Assembly (NCBI GenBank): GCA_963727825.1
Contig: CAVSHO010000007.1
Span: forward strand, 260,926 to 324,925
Direction: 5' to 3'
DNA length: 64,000 nucleotides
DNA from: Ignavibacteriota bacterium
GTDB lineage: Bacteria > Bacteroidota > Ignavibacteria > UBA10030
Every line of letters begins with the position of its first letter. Position 1 is the first letter of the stretch. The notes beneath the pieces were generated by a model. It was given only the letters and a program-made list of their open reading frames with translations. It ran no database searches and had not been told where the DNA came from. The translations under genes and the position numbers were made by a program. Positions 43,061-55,450 of this stretch are shown here, in pieces.

Positions 43061-43294
43061 CTAATTTAATCCGCACGCATTCCCGCAGCTTGATTTATCC
43101 ATCCCACATACATTTGTATCGCAATGTGTTGTAGATGATGCACTATGTGTATTAATGTTAGGGATCGAAAATAACTTTGTATAGTGAAACGAACCACAGG
43201 ATGGGCATTGGATATCTTCAATGATTTCTTTTCCTTTATGCAAGATATCGTAGAGTGTTCTGCATTCATTACAACGATAATCAAAAATGGGCAT
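43061..43294 (-). CDS. FmdB family zinc-ribbon protein
   Basis: MPIFDYRCNEC...CPSCGS with a Cys-rich tail. Confidence 0.85.
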   Translation of the reverse strand: MPIFDYRCNECRTLYDILHKGKEIIEDIQCPSCGSFHYTKLFSIPNINTHSASSTTHCDTNVCGMDKSSCGNACGLN

Positions 43295-43322
43295 TGTTGG
43301 TGTTTCTTTCTCTAATAGTGCG

Positions 43323-45594
43323 TTAAAAAAAGTTCGAATCGATTTTAGTTGTTTCAGACGTTTGACCCGAATTGCTCCCAAACTGACTAGTCGGTACTAA
43401 ATCATCTTTGTTGAACCGCAATCCTAATGTTTCGCGATATAGTAGCACCGAAGCAGTTTTAGATAATTCTTCAAAATTCGTGAATAGTGTAGACGCAGGC
43501 TTATCGGATTGGATAATATCTTTTGATACTATTTTCTTTGCATGGTCAATACGTTCTTGATAGGATGGATAGGCGGGCCGTATTCTTATTTTCCCTTGCG
43601 GTGTGTTTTGTCTCGGTTTCAAATTACTCTTATCAGAGAATTGTCGGTTAATGGTCGAAATAAGAAGTACGAAATCATCCGGCAAGGAATTATCATTTGG
43701 ATTTCTCTGCGTCTTCAATTTAGAGAACGCATCGATTGATGCACTGTCAAGCGTGCGCAGCTTATTCAAAGATGATCTAAATGACTCGAAACCGGCAAGT
43801 TGAACTGAGTAGTTATCTGCCTCGAATTCGGTTTGGCGTATGAAAAATCTGCTGATAATATGTCCCGCTAGCAAAAAAACAGTAAGAATTTTTCGTGATA
43901 GCCAAATAAAGGATTTAATTATATTAAGAGGTATCTGGGTTAAAAATACGCTTGCAGTCAATGATAACGTGGCCAATTTATTATCGATAACATCTTGTTC
44001 ATATACAACCCGTGAAAACCAGAGATTGATGCTTGAGATAATGTATGAAAGGCGCATTTCAGTCTTCTTTGTAAACTGTCCAAATTCATGTGCCAGTAAG
44101 TTAGTAAACTCTGTTATTGTCATTTCGGAAATTATCGGAAGCCCAATAGTCAAAGTAAGATCTTCTTCTAAAAAACTTATTATTCTGCGTTGATAGTTTG
44201 CAGAAGTATTAACCGAACAATCCACTTCAATGCTATTTGGGATTTTGGAACCAATGGCACGACAAAGCTTTTCGATAAAGGCGTAGAGTGCAGGCTCTTT
44301 CTTTCGTGAAAGAGGAATAAACAACTTTTTTGCACTGGGGCGTGCTATGAGCGGTTTCGCCATAGCTGCGACAAGTAAGATTCCAATTAGGATTGGAATG
44401 ATGTATAAAAGAAGTCCGAGGATTATTGAATGATCATCGAAAAAGTAAATATTATCTTCAAAATAATAGTACGTCATATTCAATATAGATAGCATGAGTA
44501 CGATATAAAGTATGGGAAGTAGAATTATACATGACGCTGCTACTGTCCACCCTGTAAGAAATAATTTAGAATGTGATGAAGTCGATCCGATTGATTTCGT
44601 TGAATCGCTATTCTTGGAAGATATAATATTAGGTATTGAAGTCTCGTTGACTTTTGGAACCGTTCGCAGCGGCTGTACTTCAATTTTTTTATTCATAGCA
44701 GCCGAAGGTGTTTTGGGCATCGGTTCAATGACGCAGAGCGCTCCGGCATTCCTTAACTCGTTACTATATTCTTGCGCTTTAGCTTGATCGATGTTGTAAT
44801 TCAGCATAATCGGTTTGCCTGTAAAGAGCTTTTCAATTCGTTCAGGTGAAGTTTTGAAAAGTTGAGTTAGGCGCTTTTTTACTGTTCCAAGTTCTTGCCC
44901 TTCGTCTATCTCGCCTTTGAACAGAATCCGGTATTTTTGCGCGTTGTTTTCATCAATGGGCTTTACCTTTTGTTCGACAACCGGTGTGTCTTGGATTAAA
45001 AGTGACCGCAAAACGTACTGAAGAATGCCATTGTGTTTGTAGTAGTCAACTTCGTTGGGTGTTTCAATCCGGCATGACACAGTAAAATTTTTCTTTGAAC
45101 CATCTTGCGATATAGCCGTAATAGTAATCTTTTTTCTAGGTTTAAGGTCATCGGCGAGTCCATCAATATCGAACACCTCAAATCCAGAAAGGCCAAGTGT
45201 CTGATAATTTTGCCTTTCTTCGAACTGCAAAGGTAGAATGCCCATACCGATAAGGTTGCTGCGATGAATGCGTTCAAAGCTCTCTGCAATTACAGCACGA
45301 ACACCAAGCAATGCAGGACCTTTTGCAGCCCAATCGCGCGACGAACCTGAGCCGTATTCTTTGCCTGCTATAATAATAAGAGGCGTTCCTTCTTTTTTAT
45401 ATTTCATCGCTGCATCGAAGATCGATATCGGTTCTTTAGAGGATGGATGAAGTGTCACACCTCCCTCTATTCCTGGAAGCAATAAGTTCTTCAAACAGAT
45501 ATTAGCGAATGTCCCACGCATCATAATTTCATGATTGCCTCTTCGTGCTCCGTACTGGTTAAAATTATTCTTTTGCACTCCATGTGCAATAAGA
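43323..45594 (-). CDS. acnA: 5'-truncated aconitase A (C-terminal domain) fused in frame to a small alpha/beta domain and an M48-like membrane peptidase domain
   Basis: [54 protein letters not shown]; the frame then continues into YRILFKGEI...[11 protein letters not shown] helices, [19 protein letters not shown]. Confidence 0.8.
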
Positions 45595-45595
45595 A

Positions 45596-45613
45596 CCGGG
45601 GGTTGCCCCCCGG
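45596..45613 (-). terminator. Terminator-like hairpin downstream of the giant T9SS gene, at an apparent contig junction
   Basis: Minus strand CCGGGGG-GCAA-CCCCCGG, about 20 nt after the stop at 45635. Confidence 0.7.
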
Positions 45614-45634
45614 CTTTCCATTAATTTCAAACTA

Positions 45635-48600
45635 TCAGTAAGTTTTTACAACTTTTATAGTACGTTTCATTTGATAACCATTTAAGGTGTTTAGCTTCAG
45701 TGTGGTAATGAAGATGCCTGCCGGCAGATCCGATAAATTCAGGATAAGCTTATGGTCACCGGAAGTCTGGGACAGGTTTTCAGCCACTACCTTAACCTGG
45801 ACTCCGAGCATATCACGGAGTTCGATGGTCACATCACAAACTGGCAGTGTGTATGCAAGAGTGGTTGTTTGGGTGAACGGGTTTGGATAGTTGGTAAACC
45901 GCAGGTCGTCTGATGAGGCTGACGGATGAACGCCGACTGAGTTAAGCTCGATCATATCCATGTTCAGCACGGCATTCGGGATTATTCGCCAACGGAGGTT
46001 GCAAGTTCATTGAGCAAGTCATCTGCCAATGCAAAGCGCAGGATTTCGTCGTTTCCAAGCGTGCCTTTCATTTCATTTTCAGTGTCAATAATTTATCTGA
46101 AGGATTAAGAGAAAGGTTACTGCCTGAGAACCACCCGATCGTGAGTTCATTGCTTGAAACATTATACATTACGGGGCTATTAGCCTGATCAGCAAGTGAC
46201 ACGCCAAGGATCTCAAGTTTATCAGACGGAAAGTCCATGATCAGGGAAACTGCACCAACGGCCATAATTGATTCGCTGTAAATGGGCAAGTCAAAGGGTT
46301 CATTGTTATTTACGCCCATCACTGAACCATAGGTCAATGTAAGTGCATTGTTCACCGATTTTTTACTGCCGGGGATGAAGCTTCCGTTGAAGTCACCCGT
46401 ACACAGTCCATAGAGGTCCTCGGTTACAGAAGCACCGGACACCAAAATATCATGCTTGGTTACATATTGTGGTTCCAGGTTGTTATGGATCCAGTCATAA
46501 GCCGGCCAGAAGGTCCAATTGTCCCTGCCTGTCCAACTATTGCTATGATTGATGAAATGCATAAGGATAGTTACTGCATCCCCTGAATTCAACTGGCCCC
46601 ATCGGACTGTAAAATCACCGGAATAGAACTTGACCTTTTCAATATTAATGGAGTAACACCCCACGCGTTTACCTGTGCAGCATCAGTTGCATTGACACCT
46701 CCTGCTGACCTTGTAGTGCTTGCCTCAATAGTATAGGTTCCGGCGCACAGACCTGTGAAAGCGAATGAGCCATCAGATTGTGTAATAGTGGATTGACTAT
46801 AGCTTGGGGAAGTTTCCGTAAGTGTAATGCTAACATTGCTCAGGGAAGTCGGAGGGGTGTTGTAATAGAACAAATGGCCGTTAAGGGCGTTCCTGATAAC
46901 TGTTACATTTTGGGTGCAGGTAGTATGATTACCGGCACAATCAGCTACTGTCCACGTTACTGTTGTAGTACCTTCAACAAAGTCACCGATATGATCATTG
47001 GTAATAGTGAGGGTTCCATTACAGTTGTCTGTTGCAGTTGGTATTCCAAGGTTAACACCTGTGCCGTGCAACCATTGTTCATATTCACAGTGATATTACC
47101 GGGACAGGATGAAATGACCGGAGGTGTAACATCATTGATAGTATACACAAAATCCCAGGTGGTTGACAGTCCGGCACAATCGGTGAAAGTATATGTATGT
47201 CTTTGGTACCGTTACAGGCAGGATCAGGGGTAGTATGTGTGAGTTGTCCGACCAGAATATTACCACAAACATCCGTGACTCCTGATGGTGGTCCTGGTGC
47301 TACGGCAAGGGAAGCACACTCCACAGGAGCTGAACCATTCTGAGGAACAACCGGATGTGAGGTATGTTGTAAAGTGTAGGTATAAACCCAATTCGTGCTT
47401 AGGTTATCGCAATCTATATAAGTATAGGTATAGATCACGGTGCCTGTACAATCTGCGTTAGAAGTGGCGGTTCCGGACTTCACGGGAGTTGGAGCAGCAA
47501 TTACATTACCACATACATCTTTCATAACCGGCAGAGTTGTTGGCGGTACTGCGTCTGACCAGCACTGAACTGTACTTGAAATTGAAACTGGGGTACCAGA
47601 TTCAGCAGGAGGTGTGGTATGATGCAAAGTATAGGTAAATACCCAATCTGTACTCAGGTTTGCACAATCTGTATAGGTATAGGTATAGACAACCGTACCG
47701 TCACAATTCGTATTGTTGATCGCAGAGCCTGAAATCACAGGAGAACCGGATGTCGGGTTTACCACATTGCCGCAAACATCATGAAATACCGGCAGTGATG
47801 GTGGTATGGCATCAGACCAGCATTGAACAGTACCGGCAATTGGTTTTGCAGGCGGAACCTCAGCAGGAGGGGTAGTATGCTGCAAGGTATAAGTATATAC
47901 CCAATCTGTGCTCAGGTTAGCGCAATCCGTATATTTATAAGTATAAATTACCGTTCCGGTACAATTCTGATTGGACGTTGCAGTTCCTGTGATCACAGGT
48001 GCGGAGCCGTACTGACAGTGCCACACACATCTTTCATAACGGGCAGGGTTGTGGGTGGTACTGCATTTGACCAGCACTGCACTGTACTTGATGTTGATAC
48101 AGGGTCTCCTACTTCTGCAGGTGGCGTGCTATGCTGGATTGTATAAGTATAGACCCATGGATATTGTACTCCGGCACAATCTGTAAAGGTGAATGCCCAG
48201 GTTTTAGTCCCATACATCCCGGGTCACTTCCTGGAACACCGGTGCTCACATCTAACTGACGGCCACAGTTATCCTTAATGACAGGGGGAACCGGCATAGT
48301 CGCATTTGCAGCACATTCCACCGTTGATCCGCCAGGTCCTGGCATGTTAACAACCGGCGGGAGAATGGTATAGGTATAGACCCAGTCAGATGACAAGCCA
48401 GCACAGTCCGTATAAGTATATGTATAGGTTCTTGTACCGCTGCACCCATTATAAGAGCCCCCTGAACAGGTGTCGGTGTTGGAATTACCGTTCCACATAC
48501 ATCTTTTACTACAGGTAGAATACATTCATCCCAGGATTCACCAGAGCGTAGGGATTAGGGTAGCCAAGTCCAAGCTGGACTGAATTGTATGGATACGGAG

Positions 48601-51600
48601 TTAACCAGAAAGTATACTGTGAACCTGCTGTCAGTGTAGGTTCAGTTGGTATAGGAATGCTTAAAGATATCCAACCGGTACTTGAAATACCGTAACCACT
48701 GGCACTATATCATGGTGTACCCGATTTCCATTCCCCGGGAATACTTCTACCGAGAAAGTTGGAGAACCTAAAAGTTGTAAACATTGACATCTATTCGGGT
48801 CAGTGGCCCGCTAACTGCTGGGGTAAAGGATTGTCCAACACCAGTGTTCATATTCATTATATAACTATTGAAAACGGGCTGTTGCTGGTCAACTATCGAA
48901 TTGATATAGGTTTTAAACTTGCAATCATAATCAGGCCACGGAGTTGCTTCATACGCTGGATTGCAGGTCTGGATTGACATGGGTGGTATCGCATCTTCAA
49001 TACAGGCAACGGTAGATGCACCTGCCGGAGGAACAACCGGAGGGGTGCTGTGTTGGATGAAATAGAATGCCACGTTGATACAAGTCCTGCACAATCGGTA
49101 TAAGTATAGGTATATGTTCTTGTTCCCTGACAAGTTAATTGTGCCGGTGCATCGACAGTCGAGACAAGAACTGCCGGAACATTGGTTGAACAAACATCAA
49201 CAACCGTTGGTGGGACAGGCGGTGTAGCGCTTGCCAGGCATTCGACTGTCTTCCTCCATCATCCGGAACAACCGGATAAGTTACATGATGGATATTATAG
49301 GTATAGACCCAGGTGAATGTTTTGGATTGGTAATTGATCTACGTGTAAGTATAGGTTTTTGTACCCTGACAACCGTCATAGTTAGTCTGAATAACAGGTC
49401 CGGTTGGATTAAGCGTTGTGCCACATGCATCCTGTACCAAAGGAAGTGCTGTAGGTGCATTAGCTGCTGCTGTAAGACATTCGACTGAACTGGATGTTGA
49501 AACAGGACCACCGACTTCAGCAGGAGCAGGTTTATCCATATAACCTATGGTTACTGAAGTAGTAGCCGTACAACCATTTGCTGATGTGACAGTAACTGTA
49601 TAAGCTCCGACTGCAAGGTTACTGATGTCTTCTAATATTGAGGAAAAATTATCTGGTCCGGTCCAGAGAAGAGAAAGGAGCCACACGGAGGTTACAATCA
49701 GATCAATACTTCCATCAGGTGTCTGTGGACATGAAACATCAACATGTGTTTCTTGTCTAATGTAATGAGACATGGGTAATCGCAAGAAACTGATGGTGTG
49801 AAGCCCGGAGGGGTTGAAGGATCAATATCAGTTCCACTGGTTAACCAGGGAGTATAGGTTACGGGTCCGGTTATTTTTGTAGCAATTACAGAAGGTGTTG
49901 TCGAACCAAACCAGTTACATGTTGCCATCTGGGTTGTTGCTGCATTTGTTGCAAAACCGATGGTATTCGTCGACAGGTCATTATTTGAGGCAACGGTATT
50001 AATTACACCTCCGGTTGTGCCATAGTCATAAGCATAGATTCCATAGTTCCAATTTCTGATATCGCAATTGGTTATGTTCATGTTTATAACACCCCCATTG
50101 GCCAATGGGTTGATACCCCAGCTGCCGGCAAAATTTGAACCTGTTGCCGAGACATATTTACTGAGAAATTAGATGCCCCTGCATCGCTATAACCATATAT
50201 ACCATCACCCAAAGGATTGGTGATGGTGGAGTTTTATAAGTTCCGTCAGCATCGAACCAGTAAACGCTGGTCTGGCAATTGTCAATATCAACATGATTTG
50301 CAATACAGAGCCAGGTCCCATTACCAAAAGTCCGGAAGCAGACCATGTCCCTCCGGTATAAACAATCTGGCTCATAGTACAATTTTCAATTGTTCCGCTG
50401 GCCCCCCAGGTTTCAATACCATTCTGGGCAGTCACCGGGTTGGTCCATGGCCTGTCGTAGTTACGTTATTGATATCGACGGTCAGGTTGCCATTCCCGCA
50501 CAATGCCAATGCTGTTTTCTGGAAATCAGTCACGTTCACAGTATTCAGTGAAATGTTATAGGAAGCAGATGAAGTGTTATTGAATGCATAAATACCTACT
50601 CCGTGCTGATTACCACTGAATGGTGATCATGTGATCTACTACATCCACGTTTTGGACAGATCCGCCTGAATTCCAATAAGCGATCCCGCTGAACCGGTAA
50701 TTTGCATTACCCTGATTGTCCCCGTCGACCTTCAGGTTTTTGATAATACAATTTGCAGCACCATCGATAAAGATAACAGGATGATTAGGATCAGAAGTAG
50801 TGAAAAATAATGGTAGTGTCGCCGGTGATTTGACTAACGTCGAAGGCCCGGAACGAAAAACTGTCAGGTTTTTGGTAATATGCAGCTGCTCGGTAAAGTT
50901 CCGACAGCCACCTTAACCACATCACCGATTTGTGCTACATCTTGAATATCACTCTGGATTACGGAACCAATTCTTCTCACATGAGATATCAATCCGTAAC
51001 CACCTGTATAGGAATACTCTCTTACGTCAGTCGGGGGATTGATACCCGTAACAACAGCCTTGTCAAAGGTATTAGCAGACCAGTAGGAATTCCAGTCGAA
51101 TTGAGAATTATCATAATCACCCCTAACCCTGATATGCTGAGCGTTCTCTGAAAAAGTATTGCCTGTAATTATTGCTCCGCCTACTCCGTGGATAAACCAA
51201 GGTACACCAAGTGCCAGAGCCTGAAAAGCTGATAGATGCACCAGCCCAGTCACCAAGTTGGATTTTATTATTGATAATTTTCCTCCCTGACACAGGGCCG
51301 CTGTAACCAGCGCCATTGTTTGATCAATGCTGCAATTATCAAGCCAGTTGCCATCAATTGTATAAGATTGAATGTGCGACGTATTAGTAGCTGTATTGTA
51401 CAATTCGTCATCGATATAGACGGATCCCCATGGTTCAGTTACAGTGATATCTGTCACTACGCAATATTTCAATGAAAAATTATCACCGATTACGGTAATT
51501 GTTTTATTTGTACCCAGGGCCGGATTCTGCCAGAACTTGAGTCCCGTAATCGTAACATTGTCTCCTTCCATGAATATGCCATCCGGGCCAAAGTTATTTG

Positions 51601-51942
51601 TAGCGTTCAGCTCAACATTAGCCAGTACTGCAGGTATTATATTTGGAAGCGGGATTCCTGATGCGTCAACACCCTGAATCGTGATTCCATTTTTTTCCGG
51701 ACTTATGTATAAGCCAAAAGTATATGAACCGGGAATCGAGACGGGTGTTCTGTTACTTGCCGTTTCGCTGTAATTTCCCGGATAAACACTGATTATATCA
51801 TTTGCAGACGCTGCGTCAATAGCTGCCTGTATGGTACAATAGGTCAGGTCAGTTGTAACATTCTTTACCGGGCCATTATCCGTCGGACAATCACAGTGGC
51901 TGTAGCCGAACATCCGTTGATATCAGTCAGGGTTACCGAATA
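45635..51942 (-). pseudogene. Giant T9SS-secreted repeat protein (beta-helix, SprB-like, about 8 HYR-like repeats, dockerin/cohesin-like, CTD); many frameshifts, 5'-partial
   Basis: Consecutive minus-strand ORF fragments: YCTIQAAIDAA..GNYSE, AQNGI, NWFG..P, YTVTVTSANGC, repeated YTYTYTDCA..WVYTYT, NATDA/TGDFNGS, NYPNPFTQTTT. Confidence 0.75.
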
Positions 51943-52272
51943 GATGCTCGGCATGAGCGCTTCGCAGTTCATACTCAGCAGGACTCAAAAAGCCGCACCC
52001 ACAGACCCTCCGGTCACAATTATCGAGTGATCAGGGTGATCTCCAAGAAAGTGTTTGGACAAGGAGTCCACCGGTCCAGCCACATCGTCTGCGCCTTATA
52101 TTCTGACGGTGATCTTTCATCAGGCCTTGTCTCTATTGCTTGGGTAACATTCCGAGGGCCAATTCACCTGTGGCCAGAATAATGTGTAGAATCCCGATCA
52201 TAGAAACAACCTCACGGCTTGGGAATATTTCATGAAGTTCTTGGACCGCAAGGCATCCGTGCCGCCGTTCGA

Positions 52273-53151
52273 TTATTGCCGCTCATTCGCCAGAGCCGCG
52301 CTGGCTTTTCGTGTCTTTTCTTTGGCTTTGTTCGCGCAGAATTGAGAAAACTCTTCCGCCACAGAGTTGGCGCCCCGCGCGTCATAATAGAGGCAGAGCG
52401 CCCTGGTTATCGGAAAGCTCCCGTTAATTACAGACTCCTCTGATAACTTGATCGCCGGGGTTTCACGATTGCGCCTCAAGGCAAGGCATTTCAGGGTTCC
52501 ATTTGCTTCCCCTTGCAGGGCCAAGTCTGTCCGGCAATAAGTTATGGCCCCTGGGCGTGGCAGGATCATCGATAGAATGCGAGTGACGGATTTTTCCTCT
52601 AGCGCTTGGGAAGCAAAAGGGGCTTTGATAACGTCCTTGGACAGAAAGCTTCTCATTCCTGAGTCATGGGGCAAGGTCATGAACAAAATGTGCTCATCGT
52701 TTCCACCAACTTGTATCCAATTGGAGTATTCACCGGTGAGAACTTTCGTGAGCTGGTCCATGGTAAGCTCATTAACCGGATTAGCCGGATTAACCACAAT
52801 AGCCACGGCGTCATTCTCCAGGAAAGCTTCTGTCAAATCCAAATTATTGTTCCTAGCTTGCAAGCGCTCGTCCCCAGACAGCCTTCTAGCGGCCATTAAC
52901 ACATCCGTCTCTTTGTTCAGAAGAGCTTTAAAGCCGTCACCATGGGTGCTGCCGTAAAGGACAACGGACACATTGCCATGGGTGTTTTCGAAATCTTTTG
53001 CCCAACTTGAAATAAGGCTGGAGACGGTTGTGGCTCCCCTGACTTTGAGCACGGTGTTATCAGAAGCCTGAGTTAGCCCAGCGATGGGAATGATGAACGC
53101 ACAGCAATAAACCGCTACGCGCAAGATATCATACAATCTTCGTCTCTTCAC
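52273..53151 (-). CDS. PstS-like phosphate-binding periplasmic protein
   Basis: VRGATTV, GSTHGDG, DAVAIVVNPANPVNELT, NWIQVGG, FPITRAL; GAGG RBS. Confidence 0.85.
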   Translation of the reverse strand: MKRRRLYDILRVAVYCCAFIIPIAGLTQASDNTVLKVRGATTVSSLISSWAKDFENTHGNVSVVLYGSTHGDGFKALLNKETDVLMAARRLSGDERLQARNNNLDLTEAFLENDAVAIVVNPANPVNELTMDQLTKVLTGEYSNWIQVGGNDEHILFMTLPHDSGMRSFLSKDVIKAPFASQALEEKSVTRILSMILPRPGAITYCRTDLALQGEANGTLKCLALRRNRETPAIKLSEESVINGSFPITRALCLYYDARGANSVAEEFSQFCANKAKEKTRKASAALANERQ

Positions 53152-54251
53152 TGTTTCCTCCGAAATATCCTTCTAAACTGGGCCAGACTTTATGGAACAA
53201 AGGTGGTCCCAGATTTTCCACTGGCAGTTTACGCAGCTCAATAATCGTTAAACCGGTGTATGGGACCATTTCAAAAACGCTAGGGGCGCCCGAGATAATG
53301 GAGTCTGGACCATTTCAGATATTTATCATGGGGCCGACATATTCCGCTCACGATCCAAATCGGAGCAATTTACGCGCCAACATTGGGAGCAAGGAGTTGA
53401 TTAAGAAAATACTTTGATATTTTAATGTGTTATTTCTGTAGGAGTGTAAAGGCAGATCTCTCAGCCTCCAAAGATTCTCGAAGAATGGGTCGAATGCGTC
53501 GAAGTAGCGTCCCTCAAGCGAATAGGAGTGAATACAATACGTTAAGCACGCAAGCTGAGTATCCATTAGTTCAATGAATCAATTGGAGAATAGCCGATAA
53601 CGCTAACCTTTCAGAAATTCACAAAGAAACTGACAGGGCTACAACGCCGTCACTTACGTCCGATCAAGACATGTTGTGTTGTTTACACGCATTAAGCCGC
53701 TTTTGGACGTTATTATCACTGATCACTCCATGGTCGCTGTATGAAATATTATGGTGTAAGAACCTTAGCCTTTTGTGTGCGGTGGAGGGTCATCCGTTGA
53801 GGGGTGGATCAAGAGATATTATGAAGAAGGCTCTGCCATGGATGGAGGAGACTGAGGCCAGAGCGGGGCAGGCCTTACAGTTTCCTTCCTAATTATCAAC
53901 ACCATGTTCAATCCTGTTAAAGGTCCCATCGACGGCCTATCAATACACCCGTGCGGTCGATATCAAGTCCTGAAGAGATTGTGAGCCCTGCCGATTGACA
54001 GAGGGGTCCACTTCAAGAATGAATAACGGACACGGGAGACAGAATTGCCACAGGCCCGTAACCAAAGCCCGGATACGCGTTCTTTACGCGCCAAATCGTT
54101 GGTCCCACAGCCCCAACTAGGAGATCCTACAGCTCTGAGATTTGGTAAAACTGTCCGGCGGGTCTAATTGATCGAACTCAAGAGGGGCTCTATTTGGTTA
54201 AGGGTAAGACCGCCACCGCTATGCCTTCCCGAGTCCGCGTTGTTCCGAATT

Positions 54252-54830
54252 TCACCGGCCCGACAGTCTGGCTTTGAGATGCGTATATCGCTTCTGCGTT
54301 TTGTCGTTCTTCACGGCTATGGCGAAAGCTCTCTTGCTCCCAACCAGGATAACCAGCTTCTTTCCTCTCGTGATGGCCGTTTAGATCAGGTTTCTTTACA
54401 GCATTACGTAATGCTGGGTGAGCAAAGGAATCACCACGCAAGGATATTCCGAGCCCTGGGATTTGTGAGCAGACACGGCATGGGCCGGGATGAGCTCGTC
54501 CAGATCCGAATAATCGTAATCCACACGCCGACCGTCAAAGACCACTGTGACTTCCTGGTCTTCCGTGTCAATCTTCAGTATCCGCCCGATGTCCCCGTTA
54601 TAGACATCCTTGTCATAATTGTTCCGCATTTGCATGACCTTATCGTTGATCCGAAAATTCCTGCCTTCGCGGGTTATGCCGTCTTCTCTTGGATTAAGAA
54701 TCTTCTGCAATTCTATGTTCAAATTCCGCGCCCCGACCGTACCCCTGTTCACAGGAGTCAGGACCTGAACGTCGTCAGGGGGATCAAAGCCAAACGCTCT
54801 CTTTATTCGCCCGCTTAGCAACTCCAATAT
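54252..54830 (-). pseudogene. recD2: RecD2-like helicase C-terminal fragment with two in-frame stops
   Basis: VQVLTP..RG..GARNLN, DKVMQMRNNYDK.VYNGDIG, HKSQGSEYP, then YVML*RNLI*TAITRGKKLVILVG. Confidence 0.85.
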
Positions 54831-54986
54831 TACGGTAGGGCTTCTTCAGGTTCTTCTTTTCGAATGAAATAAAAATACGTGGTGGTCAAGGTGGAACACG
54901 CAGGGATGGGTGTCGCTGAAGTTGGCGCCCCACATCAAGACTATCGAGGGGGGATATTGCGTACTCGCATAACAAGCGGTCGGGCC

Positions 54987-55046
54987 GGTTAACGATACGG
55001 AGTTCAGCGGCGACCGAAGCGAGTCCACTGGAACGACGGGTTAGGC
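54987..55046 (-). mobile_element. Integron attC recombination site
   Basis: Minus strand GCCTAAC-ccgtc-GTTCCAGTGGAC...GCCGCTGAAC-tccgtatc-GTTAACC: R''/L''/L'/R' layout, 60 bp, extra base in L''. Confidence 0.7.
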
Positions 55047-55450
55047 GCCTACGCCGCTTGGGTCCGGTTCATCGATTTCAGCCTGGGTAGTTCCTGTCCA
55101 CTACGTCCACAGCTTTGAAACTGCGGATACTCCTGGCAGAAGTGGCGGTACCCGCTACCACCGGCGCGGATGTTCTGTCATACAAGTCCTGTCTACCGCT
55201 ATACGACAAAGGTCGAGGGGACGGCCTCCAGGGAAAACGTAGCAGGTGAAGATTGGCGATTTCATCGATCCAGTCGAAATCCGTATTCAAATACTGAAGC
55301 TGTCTCCCATGATGGAATCGCCCCGAAGGCAAAGTCAGCAAGCGTCATCCGCCGACGCCTGATCGCATCCTCGCCAACCGGGGCTAGCTCGACGCCAACC
55401 CCTGTCGGCGAGGATTTCGCACTCCAAAACACTGGATCCGTCGCGCGCCG

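Noticed and set aside
47100-49400. Regularly spaced GTATAGGTATA-type DNA repeats as a CRISPR array
   Set aside because: They encode YTYTY protein repeats, are imperfect, and are spaced about 220-260 bp apart; no cas genes.
51947-51995. IS3-like transposase tail (GFLSPAEYE) on the minus strand
   Set aside because: Too short, sits at a junction, and has no inverted repeat or upstream integrase core.
25242-54830. TAA recoding suggested by in-frame TAA codons in the T9SS relic, DUF1080 and recD2
   Set aside because: Many intact genes end in TAA at the expected position, and the affected genes show other decay or lie on different contigs.
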